DNA of 64,000 nt, taken from assembly GCA_038733315.1 (NCBI GenBank), contig JAVYPJ010000002.1:96001-160000 (forward strand). The letters run 5' to 3'. The DNA is from Candidatus Aenigmatarchaeota archaeon (GTDB lineage Archaea > Aenigmatarchaeota > Aenigmatarchaeia > CG10238-14 > SpSt-28). The notes under the pieces were generated by a model. That model ran no database searches. It saw only the letters and a program-made list of their open reading frames with translations, and was not told the origin of the DNA. Shown piece by piece: positions 1 through 10,034 of this stretch. How positions within the stretch are numbered: the first letter of the stretch is position 1; every line of letters starts with the position of its first letter. A program made the position numbers and the translations under genes.

Positions 1-280
1 GATTGCAGCAGGAAGTTATCACACCTGCGCATTACTTTCTAATGGTACAGTAAGATGTTGGGGACGTAATGGCAATGGTCAATTAGGCGATGGAACAACA
101 ACTAGTAGATACACCCCAGTCACTGTAGTCAATCTAAATGATGCAGTAGCGATTGCAGCAGGAAGTTATCACACCTGCGCATTACTTTCTAACGGTACAG
201 TAAGATGTTGGGGGTTGAACAATTATGGCCAATTAGGCGATGGAACAACAAGTGATAAGTACACCCCAGTCACTGTAGTT
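1..280 (+). repeat. 150-bp (50-codon) tandem repeat encoding RCC1 blades
   Basis: Bases 1-130 and 151-280 are near identical; both start gattgcagcaggaagttatcacacctgcgc. Confidence 0.95.
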
Positions 281-673
281 AACTATACTCTTGGAGGAAA
301 GTATGAAAAAACGGGTGGAATACTAACAATTCAAAGAGCGCCTTTTTTTGTTGATACTTACTTCGTTCGTAAATATTCTCCAATAGAACCAACAATTTTC
401 CTACAAACTGAAGAAACCTCTCCAATAATAAAACTAACTATAATAAATTTAGGTATTGATTTAGGTAAAAAATTACAGTTAAAATTAATATACGAAGATA
501 ATAAAACAGAATCAAGAAATATAAATCTAAACGAAACTTTTAAGCCTGGAGATTTTTTAGAAATTACTTTAAAAGATTTACCTAAGGGAAAAATTAAAAA
601 AATAGAGATTTATTGTTTAGATGTATGTCCTGGATTATTAATTGGAATAAAAAGTGTAAATATTGAAGTTTAG
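2..673 (+). CDS. RCC1-repeat surface protein, 3' part (5' end outside window), with DUF2341-like and pilin-like C-terminal segments
   Basis: The ORF-track frame (215..673) is open back to base 2 and reads [33 protein letters not shown] twice (RCC1 consensus), then [10 protein letters not shown] (DUF2341-like tail, from memory). Confidence 0.8.
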   Translation: MAAGSYHTCALLSNGTVRCWGRNGNGQLGDGTTTSRYTPVTVVNLNDAVAIAAGSYHTCALLSNGTVRCWGLNNYGQLGDGTTSDKYTPVTVVNYTLGGKYEKTGGILTIQRAPFFVDTYFVRKYSPIEPTIFLQTEETSPIIKLTIINLGIDLGKKLQLKLIYEDNKTESRNINLNETFKPGDFLEITLKDLPKGKIKKIEIYCLDVCPGLLIGIKSVNIEV

Positions 674-711
674 GGGTTATTGATTTTATATATTTAAATA
701 CTGCATATATT

Positions 712-1038
712 ATGGTAGAATTGAGTGAAGAAAAACAAAGAGAGTTTTTAATCTTGCAGCAACAATATCAAACTGTAATTGTAGAGATAGAAACTTTAAA
801 ATTAAGAGATAAAGAAATAAACGAAACTTTGGAGGAGCTTCAGAACACAGAAAAAAACGAAGTTTATAAACTTGTTGGAAACGTTTTGGTTAAAAAAACA
901 AAGGATGAAATAATTAAAGAGCTAAATGAAGAAAAGGAGTTGATAGAGCTTAGATTCAAAAATTTGGAAAAGCAAAAACAAAAAATTGAGGAAAAGCTCG
1001 AGGAATTTAGAAAGATTCTAGAAAAGAAAGAAAAATGA
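712..1038 (+). CDS. pfdB: prefoldin beta subunit
   Basis: 108-aa coiled coil with central EVYKLVGNVLV hairpin; close to thermosome gene. Confidence 0.9.
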   Translation: MVELSEEKQREFLILQQQYQTVIVEIETLKLRDKEINETLEELQNTEKNEVYKLVGNVLVKKTKDEIIKELNEEKELIELRFKNLEKQKQKIEEKLEEFRKILEKKEK

Positions 1039-1068
1039 TAAATTTATAGATTTATTTTTTAAAATATT

Positions 1069-1413
1069 ATGGTAATAAAAAAAATAGTTGAGAAGATTTC
1101 TAGTAAGGGTAAAAAGAAAGAGGAAGAAAGTGTAGAAGAGGTTGAAATAACAACGCCAGAAGAGGAGAAAAAGAATAAAGTTTATGTAATGAAGTTAAAG
1201 GATTTTAACGATACATATCAAGTGCAAAATTTACTTAGAGAGGGATATATTGTTATTTTAAGCATAAGAGAACTAAAAAATAAAGACGTTTCCGAACTAA
1301 AGAGAAGTGTTGATAGAATTAAAAAAACAGTTGAAGCATTAGGTGGAGATGTTGTAGGTATAGAAGAGGATATAATAATAGCAACTCCGAGCGGTATAAA
1401 AATTGAAAGGTAG
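1069..1413 (+). CDS. sepF: cell division protein SepF (archaeal DUF552 type)
   Basis: LREGYIVILSI...ELKRSVDRIKK...GGDVVGI...IIATPSGIKIER matches the archaeal SepF pattern. Confidence 0.85.
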   Translation: MVIKKIVEKISSKGKKKEEESVEEVEITTPEEEKKNKVYVMKLKDFNDTYQVQNLLREGYIVILSIRELKNKDVSELKRSVDRIKKTVEALGGDVVGIEEDIIIATPSGIKIER

Positions 1414-1434
1414 TTACGTAGTTGCACAGTTATC

Positions 1435-1442
1435 TTTAAATA
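1435..1442 (+). promoter_or_regulatory. putative TATA box of thermosome gene
   Basis: TTTAAATA starts 29 nt upstream of the ATG at 1464; same spacing class at 14571 (ATG 14603) and 34933 (ATG 34961). Confidence 0.5.
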
Positions 1443-1463
1443 CCCTTTTTTTAATTATTATAT

Positions 1464-3128
1464 ATGGCAGAACAACCTAAAGCTTTACTTGCTCAACTAG
1501 GAGGACAGCCAGTACTAATACTACCAGAAGGAACTGTAAGAACTACTGGAAGAGATGCTTTAAGAAATAACATAGCGGCTGCAAAAGCCTTAGGAGAAAC
1601 TATAAAAACAACCTTAGGACCAAAGGGAATGGATAAAATGTTAGTAGATAGCTTAGGAGATATAACAATAACAAACGATGGTGTAACAATATTAGAAGAA
1701 ATGGAAATAGAGCATCCAGCAGCAAAAATGTTAGTTGAAGTTGCAAAAACATTAAATCAAGAGGTTGGCGATGGAACAACAAGTAGTGTAGTTTTTGCAA
1801 GTGAATTATTAAGAAAGGCAGAAGAATTATTAGACCAAGATATTCACCCAACAACTATAATTAGAGGATATAAAATTGCCTTAGAGATAGCAAAGAAAAC
1901 TCTAGAAAAAATTGCGCAAAAAGTTTCTTTAAAGGATAAAGAAAGTTTGAAAAAAATAGCAATAACTTCTATGGGAGGAAAATCTGCTTTATCCCAAAAC
2001 CCATCTGTTATGGAAAAAATTTCTGAATTAGTTGTAGAGGCGGTTTTAACTGTTGCTAAGGAAGAAAATGGAAAAATAATAATTGATAGAGAGGATATAA
2101 AAAGAGAAAAGAAAGCTGGTGGAAGCATAGAAGATACAGAATTAATAAAAGGAATTGTAATAGATAAAGAGGTTGTTCATCCACAAATGCCAAAAATAGT
2201 TAAGAATGCAAAAATTGCATTATTAGATACCGCATTAGAAGTTAAAGAAACAGAAACAGATGCAGAAATTAGAATTACTAAGCCAGAAGAGTTAAAAGCG
2301 TTTTTAGCTGAAGAAGAAAAAATGTTAAAAGATATGGTTGAAAAAATTGCAAAAGTAGGGGCGAATGTTGTGTTTTGTCAAAAAGGAATAGATGATTTAG
2401 CTCAACATTTCTTAGCTAAGAAGGGAATAATGGCTGTAAGGAGAGTTAAAAGAAGTGATATGGAAAAATTGGCAAAAGCAACTGGTGCAAGAATAGTAAC
2501 TAATTTAGATGATTTAAATGAAAACGATTTAGGCTTTGCAGAAATAGTAGAAGAAAAGAGAATTGGAGGAGAAAATATGGTTTTTGTTAGAGGTTGTAAA
2601 AATCCAAAGTCTGTAACAATATTAGCAAGAGGAGGAACTGAGCATGTTGTTGATGAAATAGATAGAAGCATAGAAGATGCAATAGGTGCAGTAACGTCAG
2701 CTTTAGCAGATGGTTATTTTGTTGCTGGTGGTGGTGCACCAGAAATGGAAATAGCAATTAACGTAAGAAAAGAAGCACAGAAATATAGTGGAAGAGAACA
2801 ATTAGCGATGTTAGCTTTTGCCGACGCAATAGAAATAATACCAAAGGCTATAGCTGAAAATTCTGGAATAGATACAATAGACATAATTTTGAAACTAAGA
2901 GCAGAACACGAAAAAGGAAACGTAAATTATGGAGTTGATATAGAAAAAGGAGATGTTAGCGATATGCTAAAGAAAGGAGTAATAGAGCCACTAAAAGTAA
3001 AAATGCAAATGGTTTCTAGCGCTACAGAAGCTACTGAATTAATATTAAGAATAGACGATATAATAGCAGCTGGAAGGCCTAAGAAAGAGGAAAAGGGAGC
3101 GGGAGAAGAAACTGAAACAGAAGAGTAA
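1464..3128 (+). CDS. ths: thermosome (group II chaperonin) subunit
   Basis: [32 protein letters not shown] motifs. Confidence 0.98.
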   Translation: MAEQPKALLAQLGGQPVLILPEGTVRTTGRDALRNNIAAAKALGETIKTTLGPKGMDKMLVDSLGDITITNDGVTILEEMEIEHPAAKMLVEVAKTLNQEVGDGTTSSVVFASELLRKAEELLDQDIHPTTIIRGYKIALEIAKKTLEKIAQKVSLKDKESLKKIAITSMGGKSALSQNPSVMEKISELVVEAVLTVAKEENGKIIIDREDIKREKKAGGSIEDTELIKGIVIDKEVVHPQMPKIVKNAKIALLDTALEVKETETDAEIRITKPEELKAFLAEEEKMLKDMVEKIAKVGANVVFCQKGIDDLAQHFLAKKGIMAVRRVKRSDMEKLAKATGARIVTNLDDLNENDLGFAEIVEEKRIGGENMVFVRGCKNPKSVTILARGGTEHVVDEIDRSIEDAIGAVTSALADGYFVAGGGAPEMEIAINVRKEAQKYSGREQLAMLAFADAIEIIPKAIAENSGIDTIDIILKLRAEHEKGNVNYGVDIEKGDVSDMLKKGVIEPLKVKMQMVSSATEATELILRIDDIIAAGRPKKEEKGAGEETETEE

Positions 3129-3132
3129 TTCA

Positions 3133-3160
3133 TTTTTCCCTTTTTTATTTTTTATTTCTT
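3133..3160 (+). terminator. putative oligo-T terminator
   Basis: T-runs (tttttcccttttttatttttta) directly after the thermosome stop codon. Confidence 0.4.
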
Positions 3161-3214
3161 ATACCAATTTTTAAATTTTATAGAAGTTTTCGAATCGATA
3201 ATTATTTTTATTAT

Positions 3215-3299
3215 GCCGGGGTCGCCTAGTTGGCTATGGCGCGGGCCTGGAGAGCCCGTGGGCTTTACGCCCGCGTGGGTTCAAATCCCACCCCCGGCG
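3215..3299 (+). tRNA. tRNA-Ser(GGA)
   Basis: GCCGGGG acceptor, CGGGC-CT GGA GA-GCCCG anticodon arm, long variable arm, TTCAAAT T-loop, G73. Confidence 0.95.
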
Positions 3300-3350
3300 A
3301 GATGCTTCTATTTATTTTTTGTAACAAAAATAATAAATTATTATCATAAC

Positions 3351-3444
3351 GCCCCGGTAGCTTAGCGGTAGAGCGCCTGCCTTGTATGGCACTGCTTGCT
3401 ATCGAGCAAGCAGGAGGTCGGGGGTTCAAATCCCCCCCGGGGCT
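3351..3444 (+). tRNA. tRNA-Thr(TGT) with 22-nt intron at 37/38 (3387..3408)
   Basis: GCCCCGG/CCGGGGC acceptor with U73; CCTGC-CT TGT A[intron]A-GCAGG; CUUG pairs with intron CGAG (BHB-like helix). Confidence 0.9.
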
Positions 3445-3497
3445 CAAATACTTTTAATATGCTAAATTTATTGTTTTAATAGCAGGATATAATTAAT

Positions 3498-4310
3498 ATG
3501 ACCTTAAGTAAGCGGTATGCTGCTTTACTTGAGGTCCTTATAGTTACTCTAATTCTGATTTTTGTTATATGGATTTCCGAAGCGTGTTTGGGCTATATGA
3601 TTCATGGAATATTTCTTGATTTTATTGTCAAGACATTCATAATATTCGTAGTACTACTTGCTATAGTCATACCAAAAAGAAATTTTAAAATTTATGGCTT
3701 TCTACCAAAAAATCTATATTTCACATTTAAGTGGAGCATAGTGTTCATGATAATTTTTATTTTACCCGCTGTAATTTCGATTATAATATCAATAATTCTA
3801 GGCATTGCCAAGCCAGCTAAGCTTTCATTACTCGCTATAATTCTAAACATAGTTTTCTTCATGATATTCGTAGGATTTATAGAAGAGGCTTACTTTAGAG
3901 GCTATGTACAGTCTAGACTTAATGAAGCGTTCGACAAGCGCCATCGAAAACTAATCTTTAAAGCTTGGAGAGTTAATTATGGAACGAGCTTATTTCTAAC
4001 CTCAGTAATCTTTGCTCTGATGCATATAGTAAACTATTGGAATCCAATAATGTCAAAATGGGAACCAACTTGGTGGATGCCTATACATATTTTAGGATGT
4101 TTTGCTTTTGGTTGTATAGTTGGGGCTCTGAGAGAAGCTTCAGACATTTACGTATCATCTTCACTTCACGGAAGCATAATGATTGCCTATACATTTCTAT
4201 CTATTTATGCAAACCAATGGATTTTGAATATTAGCTTATTCATTAGCTGGTTCATTTTCTTCAATACCCTTATCTTTTTCTTTCATCAATCCAAAAAATA
4301 TGTCTTTTAG
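3498..4310 (+). CDS. CPBP (CAAX/Abi) family intramembrane metalloprotease
   Basis: Multiple TM segments; EEAYFRG, FALMH and SSLHG motifs. Confidence 0.9.
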   Translation: MTLSKRYAALLEVLIVTLILIFVIWISEACLGYMIHGIFLDFIVKTFIIFVVLLAIVIPKRNFKIYGFLPKNLYFTFKWSIVFMIIFILPAVISIIISIILGIAKPAKLSLLAIILNIVFFMIFVGFIEEAYFRGYVQSRLNEAFDKRHRKLIFKAWRVNYGTSLFLTSVIFALMHIVNYWNPIMSKWEPTWWMPIHILGCFAFGCIVGALREASDIYVSSSLHGSIMIAYTFLSIYANQWILNISLFISWFIFFNTLIFFFHQSKKYVF

Positions 4311-4363
4311 TTTTTAAAGAGCATAGATAAAATAGCTGATAATGTTTTTTTATAGCTTTAATA

Positions 4364-5029
4364 CTAAATATTTTTTACGCTATCATACTTGAAGTAATAC
4401 GCCCTCTCAGTCTTTTTTGTTAAACTATACCCACTTTTTTTCATCTGATCAATAAAGCTCTTTCTTATTATTTTAGAGAGTTGAGATACCTTTACTCCAG
4501 ATTTTTCCTCTATAAGGTCTCTTATTTCTTTTTTTGGAACTCTTATACAGTCTTCTGAACTTTCATAAAGACATGCATATCTATTTTTGTTTTCTATAAT
4601 TTCTCTAACAATTTTTTCTATTACTCCAGTGGCAATTACATATTTTGTTTCTGGATTTATATATTTTCCGTTTGAATGTAACGACACCTTAAAGTAATTT
4701 ATGATAACGTCAGCTTCATTTATGTTAAACTTTCTGATTTCTTCTATACATTTTAAAATATTATTTATATCGCGAGACAAAAGAAAAGTTAAAAATTCGC
4801 TACATAAAATTTTTTTAAATTCTTCGTATGGTAGTCTTAATTCTTTCTTAAAAATATAAACTATAGCGGCTATTTTTCCAATTTTGCTAGAATTTATTTT
4901 TATAGAATTAGATATAGGTAAATTATGAATTTCATGAGAAATTATATTTATTATTTCCTCCTCGCTATATTTTTTATCATATAAAGACACTATTAAACTG
5001 CTTATGCTATTTGCTATGGAGGAATTCAT
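4364..5029 (-). CDS. hypothetical protein, possible C-terminal winged-helix
   Basis: 221-aa ORF; weak resemblance to the 52151..52732 product. Confidence 0.6.
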   Translation of the reverse strand: MNSSIANSISSLIVSLYDKKYSEEEIINIISHEIHNLPISNSIKINSSKIGKIAAIVYIFKKELRLPYEEFKKILCSEFLTFLLSRDINNILKCIEEIRKFNINEADVIINYFKVSLHSNGKYINPETKYVIATGVIEKIVREIIENKNRYACLYESSEDCIRVPKKEIRDLIEEKSGVKVSQLSKIIRKSFIDQMKKSGYSLTKKTERAYYFKYDSVKNI

Positions 5030-5102
5030 AATATATTAAAAATTAATTGTTTTTATCGATTTAATCTTTTAAATTATTATTTTTATTTAACAAGAATTTT
5101 TT

Positions 5103-6791
5103 ATGTATTGGAGAAGATTGGCTGATAGCGAGCTCTTTTATCCTCATCTCTACTTTTTTAAATTAGGTGCTATTGATTTAAAAGAATATGTATTAGAGAG
5201 GACGAAAAGTATTGATAGCGAAGCATATCTGAGAAATAAAGAAATTAAAATAATAGGAGCTAATTATGTTTTAAAAAAAGACAATAACGTTTATCTTGTA
5301 AAAGAAAATGGAGAAGAAGAAAGAATAGGAAGCTATGAATGGTGGAAGAGAGCTAAGGAATTTGAGTCGAAAAAAGTCTCAAAGATATATTCGGAAAAAA
5401 AGAAAAGCTGCGATTTAAATTGTGGCTCATTATGTGGTGCGCATAAAAACAAGACAGCTTTGTTAAATGTGGTCGTAACTAATAGATGTAATTTATCTTG
5501 CCCGTATTGTTTCTTTTATGCATCGGAATCAAATTTTGTTTATGAACCATCGATAGAAGAAATAGAAAAAATGATTATTTCTGCAAAAGAGATTAACGGT
5601 TTTGTACCTCCTGTTCAGCTTACTGGCGGAGAGCCGACTTTAAGGAATGATTTGGATAAAATAATAAAATGTGTCAAGTCTCTAAATTCTCCACATATAC
5701 AGCTAAATACTAATGGAGTATTACCTGCTGTTAATTTTTATTATGATGCAGAATCTACTATAAAGGATTTAAAAAAACTTAAAAGAAGCGGTCTAAATAC
5801 AATATACTTATCATTTGATGGTACAGATGCAAAAACTAATATAAAAAATTATTATGAATTCCCTCTTTTTCTCCAAGCATGTAGAGAGAGCGGAATAGAG
5901 AGCATAGTATTGGTGCCAACTATACATGCAGGTAATTTAAATGAGGTATGGAAAATAGTTAAAATTGCTGTAAAAAACTTTGATATAATTAGAGGGATAG
6001 TTTTTCAACCAATCTCTTTTGTTGGTGGTGCATCTAAAAGCAATAGAGAAAGATATAGAGCAACAATTTCAGATATTATAGAGGAATTATATCCAGTCGG
6101 TTTAGACATTAAAGATTTCTATCCAGTTTCAGCTATAGAAAGTTTTGCAGATATAGTTTCATCAGATAAAGATCATGTAACGTTTTATAACAATTCTTTA
6201 TGCGGAATGGCAACTTACATAACTTACGATCAAAAAAATGATAAAATAATTCCTATAACTCATTATATAGATGTCGATAGGTTATTAAAGGATTTAAATC
6301 TATTTAACTCTCTTATAGGAAAGTTTGTTTTCTTATTTAAATATTTATCGAATCCTTCTCTAATAGATAATATAAAGAAATATGTTAAAATAGAAAGGAC
6401 GCCCGACGGTAGTAATATAATGGAAATTATTAAAAATATAAGAGAAAAAGGAGACTACAACTCTTTGGGAGAGTTTCATAAAAGAGTAAGTTTTATAGGT
6501 ATGATGCACTTTATGGATCCATATAACTATGATGTAGAAAGAGTAGAAAGATGCAATATACATTATGCTTCTCCAGATGGAAGAGTAATTCCATTTTGTG
6601 CATATAACGTTTTTCCAGAAATCTATAGAGACAAAATATTAAAGAAATACGCGCTCGATAAAGAAGCAGCTGAAAGGCTTATAAAAGAAGAAAAAGAAAA
6701 TCGAAAAAAGGTTATAGAGTTTAGAAAGAATGAAAAAGTTAGGGAAAATGCAGAAAAGAAATATAAAGAATGGCTTGGAGAAGTTATCTAA
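5103..6791 (+). CDS. tes: radical SAM protein, tetraether lipid synthase (Tes/GDGT-MAS, MJ0619) family
   Basis: CDLNCGSLCGAH, TNRCNLSCPYCF, QLTGGEPT, QLNTNG, YLSFDG, FQPISFVG, CGMATY, MHFMDPYNYDVERVERC, DGRVIPFCAYN match the family pattern as recalled. Confidence 0.85.
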   Translation: MYWRRLADSELFYPHLYFFKLGAIDLKEYVLERTKSIDSEAYLRNKEIKIIGANYVLKKDNNVYLVKENGEEERIGSYEWWKRAKEFESKKVSKIYSEKKKSCDLNCGSLCGAHKNKTALLNVVVTNRCNLSCPYCFFYASESNFVYEPSIEEIEKMIISAKEINGFVPPVQLTGGEPTLRNDLDKIIKCVKSLNSPHIQLNTNGVLPAVNFYYDAESTIKDLKKLKRSGLNTIYLSFDGTDAKTNIKNYYEFPLFLQACRESGIESIVLVPTIHAGNLNEVWKIVKIAVKNFDIIRGIVFQPISFVGGASKSNRERYRATISDIIEELYPVGLDIKDFYPVSAIESFADIVSSDKDHVTFYNNSLCGMATYITYDQKNDKIIPITHYIDVDRLLKDLNLFNSLIGKFVFLFKYLSNPSLIDNIKKYVKIERTPDGSNIMEIIKNIREKGDYNSLGEFHKRVSFIGMMHFMDPYNYDVERVERCNIHYASPDGRVIPFCAYNVFPEIYRDKILKKYALDKEAAERLIKEEKENRKKVIEFRKNEKVRENAEKKYKEWLGEVI

Positions 6792-6795
6792 TATT

Positions 6796-7212
6796 CTATA
6801 TATTGCACTTTTTAATAAATTCGTAAGCTTCTCTTAAATTCTTCTTATCCTCTTCATATGTAAGTAGCTTTAGTGCATCTTCAAGATTTAACCACTTAAA
6901 ATCTTTGTGTTCCCAAGAGATTTTTACATTTTTTGTTTTTGCTCTTGCTAAAAAGAAAATTGCTTTTTTCTTTACTAATCTTTTGTTAAGCCAATAAGAA
7001 TATTCATATTCTCTAATAAAACCTGGAATAAATTCTACATCTAGATTAGTTTCTTCTTTTATTTCTCTTCTAGCTGCCTCGATTTCACTTTCTTTTTCTT
7101 CTTTTTCACCCTTAGGAAATCCCCAATAGTTTGGATATTTTAGAAGCAAGAATTCTATTTTTTCATTATCTTTATAGAAAACTATTGCCCCACAAGAAGT
7201 TTTAATTTTCAT
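6796..7212 (-). CDS. NUDIX hydrolase (Ap4A hydrolase-like)
   Basis: WGFPKG...EAARREIKEETNL Nudix box; ISWEH. Confidence 0.9.
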   Translation of the reverse strand: MKIKTSCGAIVFYKDNEKIEFLLLKYPNYWGFPKGEKEEKESEIEAARREIKEETNLDVEFIPGFIREYEYSYWLNKRLVKKKAIFFLARAKTKNVKISWEHKDFKWLNLEDALKLLTYEEDKKNLREAYEFIKKCNI

Positions 7213-7222
7213 AATTTATTAT

Positions 7223-7801
7223 ATGAGCGATACTATAGTTATCTTTGATCTTGATGGAACATTAGTGGAAGAATCAAAATACATAGAGATATATAAAAAG
7301 GTTTTTGAAGAAGCCTGTAAAATATATTCTGAGAAAAATAATTCTGTTTTTGATTTTAATTGCTGGCCAAAAACTCTTTCATGCGAGGAATTTAGAGAAC
7401 TATTTAAAAAATTGTACTCGAAGGAAATAGAAAGCGTGGATTTTTCAAAAAATCGAAAAAGAATTTCTGAAATAATAGGTTTTCTTGCTATACTTTATGG
7501 AAATATTCCAGAAAAATTTTATGTGGTATCTGCTAATCCCTGTTCGGATAAAATTTTAAAAAAAATCAATTTTCCCAAGGCAAATATAGTTTCTATATTT
7601 GATGAAATTCATAAAGAACTCATAGAGACAATCGAAGAATATTATGAAAAATATATAGAAATTAAAGCGAAAAAACTTCAGGAAATTAAAAACAGTAATA
7701 AAAATAAAAAATTTGTTTATGTTGGAGATACAGAGTATGATGAAAGAATAGCTAATATAGTTGGTTTTGATTTCATTAATATAAAAAATTTTTTCAAATG
7801 A
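7223..7801 (+). CDS. HAD family hydrolase
   Basis: FDLDGTL and YVGDTEYD motifs. Confidence 0.85.
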   Translation: MSDTIVIFDLDGTLVEESKYIEIYKKVFEEACKIYSEKNNSVFDFNCWPKTLSCEEFRELFKKLYSKEIESVDFSKNRKRISEIIGFLAILYGNIPEKFYVVSANPCSDKILKKINFPKANIVSIFDEIHKELIETIEEYYEKYIEIKAKKLQEIKNSNKNKKFVYVGDTEYDERIANIVGFDFINIKNFFK

Positions 7802-7941
7802 TTTGTAGGAACTTAAATAATTACTATTTTCTGTTTGAGTTCAAAAGCAAAAATAAAAATAATACCTAAGAATGCATGAAAAATAGAAATTCAGCATTGA
7901 GGAAAATCTCTTTTGTTTAGAAGTGCTATAGTTTTTATAGA

Positions 7942-8769
7942 TTAAAACTCATATCCAAGATTTTCTAAAATTCTTTTCATTTTTAAGCTGTCTTGCTCTA
8001 AAATCGGACTTTCAGAAATTATTGTAATATTTTCAATCTTTTTTTCGATTAGAGTTTTTGCCAAATCTTTAAAGTTAGGATGGGAATTCAGATTAACATG
8101 TATATCAACAAATTTTTTCGTTTTTAAATTAAATTTAACGTTTGAAAAATGCGTATGATAATATTCGAATTTTGTAGTTTCAAAAATTTTTTCGAAATCA
8201 ATTTTTCCATCATTAAACACAAATATATGAGCAAAATCGATACAAATACCAAATTGTTTATGGCTTATCCTCTCTTTAAGCTCTAGTAAAGTTTCAAGAT
8301 CTGCGAACTGAGATTTTTTTGCCATGGTTTCATAAAGCAGCATAGAATTTTTTATTTTCAAACTTTTCATTTTATTTAAAAGCTCTATTGTTATTTCCTC
8401 CATCTTATTTATAGCATCTTCTTTACTTAACTCTCCATAATATGCCGCATGAACTACAACAAACTTAGCATTCATTATTTCTGCAAGCTTTAAACATTTT
8501 AATATTAGTTGTTTACTTTTCTCTATGGTTTCCTTACTTTTACTAAGAAGATTAATGAAATATGGAGCATGTATACTTAATTCTACATCTAAATCTTTCG
8601 CAATATTACCAACTTCTATAGCTTCGTTTTCATCTAAATAAATTTTTCTAACAAACTCTATTTCCATAGCGTTTAAGCCTAAATTCTTAACTTCTTTTAT
8701 ACCTTCTATTGTACTTCTTCTTTTCGAATCCAGTGTTGTAGGTAAACCTGCTGGACCTAATCTTATCAT
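7942..8769 (-). CDS. endonuclease IV-like TIM barrel protein
   Basis: SIHAPYFINL, VVHAAYY, ETM, CIDFAH, HTHFS, ISESP. Confidence 0.85.
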   Translation of the reverse strand: MIRLGPAGLPTTLDSKRRSTIEGIKEVKNLGLNAMEIEFVRKIYLDENEAIEVGNIAKDLDVELSIHAPYFINLLSKSKETIEKSKQLILKCLKLAEIMNAKFVVVHAAYYGELSKEDAINKMEEITIELLNKMKSLKIKNSMLLYETMAKKSQFADLETLLELKERISHKQFGICIDFAHIFVFNDGKIDFEKIFETTKFEYYHTHFSNVKFNLKTKKFVDIHVNLNSHPNFKDLAKTLIEKKIENITIISESPILEQDSLKMKRILENLGYEF

Positions 8770-8773
8770 AGTT

Positions 8774-9391
8774 TTATTTATAGATTTTTTTCATATTGTC
8801 TAAGAAGCTAATCAAAAATCTTATAGTTGCTAAATCAAACTCTTCTAGGTTTTTGCCTGTGATTTCAACAAAATTAACATTATGCACTTTTATATATGTT
8901 TCATTAGATATAAGATAAGACCTTAAAAATATGTAATATGTTTCATTACTTAATTTTAACTCTTCTACGCTATATTTAATGTGTTCAACGTTGGTAACCA
9001 AATTAAATTCACTATACTTATTTAACTCAAACTCTAAAACTCTTTTCACCTTATAAAAAATTTCAAGCGCTTCTATGGCAGTAGCAGAATTATCATCACT
9101 TTCAAAGATTATGAATGTAAGATTTTTATAATATCCAGTAGAAAGTAGAAAGGTGGAAATCGATAGAGAATCTTCATTTGGTAGGATACTAATTTTATAG
9201 GATAAATCTATTGGTCTTCTGAACTGAATAAGATATCCTTTATAATCATAGTAAAATCTTTTTTGATATTCGAAGTTAAAACTTTTAATAATAAGGTATA
9301 CTGCTAGCGATACTGATATAATAGAAACTATAAAAACGAGTAAATATAAGTTTATTCTTATTTTAATTTTTTTGACGGATTTTTTTCCCAT
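8774..9391 (-). CDS. membrane-anchored hypothetical protein
   Basis: Basic N-terminus followed by one TM helix. Confidence 0.65.
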   Translation of the reverse strand: MGKKSVKKIKIRINLYLLVFIVSIISVSLAVYLIIKSFNFEYQKRFYYDYKGYLIQFRRPIDLSYKISILPNEDSLSISTFLLSTGYYKNLTFIIFESDDNSATAIEALEIFYKVKRVLEFELNKYSEFNLVTNVEHIKYSVEELKLSNETYYIFLRSYLISNETYIKVHNVNFVEITGKNLEEFDLATIRFLISFLDNMKKIYK

Positions 9392-9400
9392 AAATTAAGA

Positions 9401-10012
9401 TTAATTAATGAAGAAATTATTAGAATGATAAGGCAAAAGGTTTATTTCAGGTACCAATTTTAAACTATTGTTCGGAGTTTTCATTCCATTATTATAGAAA
9501 TGTTCATCATCCTCATATTCTTGAAACGAATTTATGAAAATTTCAATTTTATTCTTATATAATTCTACAAGAAGCCAAAAGCCGTTTGTAAAGTTTTCAA
9601 CCGTTTCTCTATTTCTATCTAGGGATATAGAAGTGACATAAAATGGGTGTAAACCTTCAAAAAAATAATTTTTTATGTTACCATTTTCGTCAAATAAATA
9701 TAATTCTTCTTTCATATATACGCAATCTATTAAAAGGAAGGAACAATCCTTAGTGTTATAAAAAATTAATCGCAAAACATTAACGTTTTCGTCACATCTG
9801 TTTTCTAATTCAATTCCATACTGGTTTTTTATAGAGTAGTTCGATAATTTTTTATATCCAAAAAAATTTAAAATTCTTTCTAGTGAATTTTTTCCTATAA
9901 ACTTAAGAATTTCATAGTCTTCGCTCATTACTGGTAGTACGACTAATGGAAATTTTTCATTACAGTGTTCGAACAATTTATATTCTAAATTTTCATACAT
10001 ATCAGAGTTCAT
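9401..10012 (-). CDS. hypothetical protein
   Basis: 203-aa ORF within a co-oriented gene run; no motif recognised. Confidence 0.55.
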   Translation of the reverse strand: MNSDMYENLEYKLFEHCNEKFPLVVLPVMSEDYEILKFIGKNSLERILNFFGYKKLSNYSIKNQYGIELENRCDENVNVLRLIFYNTKDCSFLLIDCVYMKEELYLFDENGNIKNYFFEGLHPFYVTSISLDRNRETVENFTNGFWLLVELYKNKIEIFINSFQEYEDDEHFYNNGMKTPNNSLKLVPEINLLPYHSNNFFIN

Positions 10013-10034
10013 TATTATAAAAAACCGAAAAAAC

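Noticed and set aside
1..280. DGR template/variable repeat pair or CRISPR array
   Set aside because: Differences are not adenine-specific, both copies are in-frame RCC1 blades, there are no spacers and no reverse transcriptase or cas genes in the window.
3381..3409. Reading the tRNA as Tyr(GTA)
   Set aside because: Stem register places TGT at 34-36; G1-C72 and U73 fit Thr, not archaeal Tyr (C1-G72, A73).
3265..3447. 60-aa minus-strand ORF
   Set aside because: Antisense shadow of the tRNA-Ser and tRNA-Thr genes.
7802..7941. Possible gene remnant between convergent genes
   Set aside because: Only a short stop-interrupted frame with no recognisable motif.
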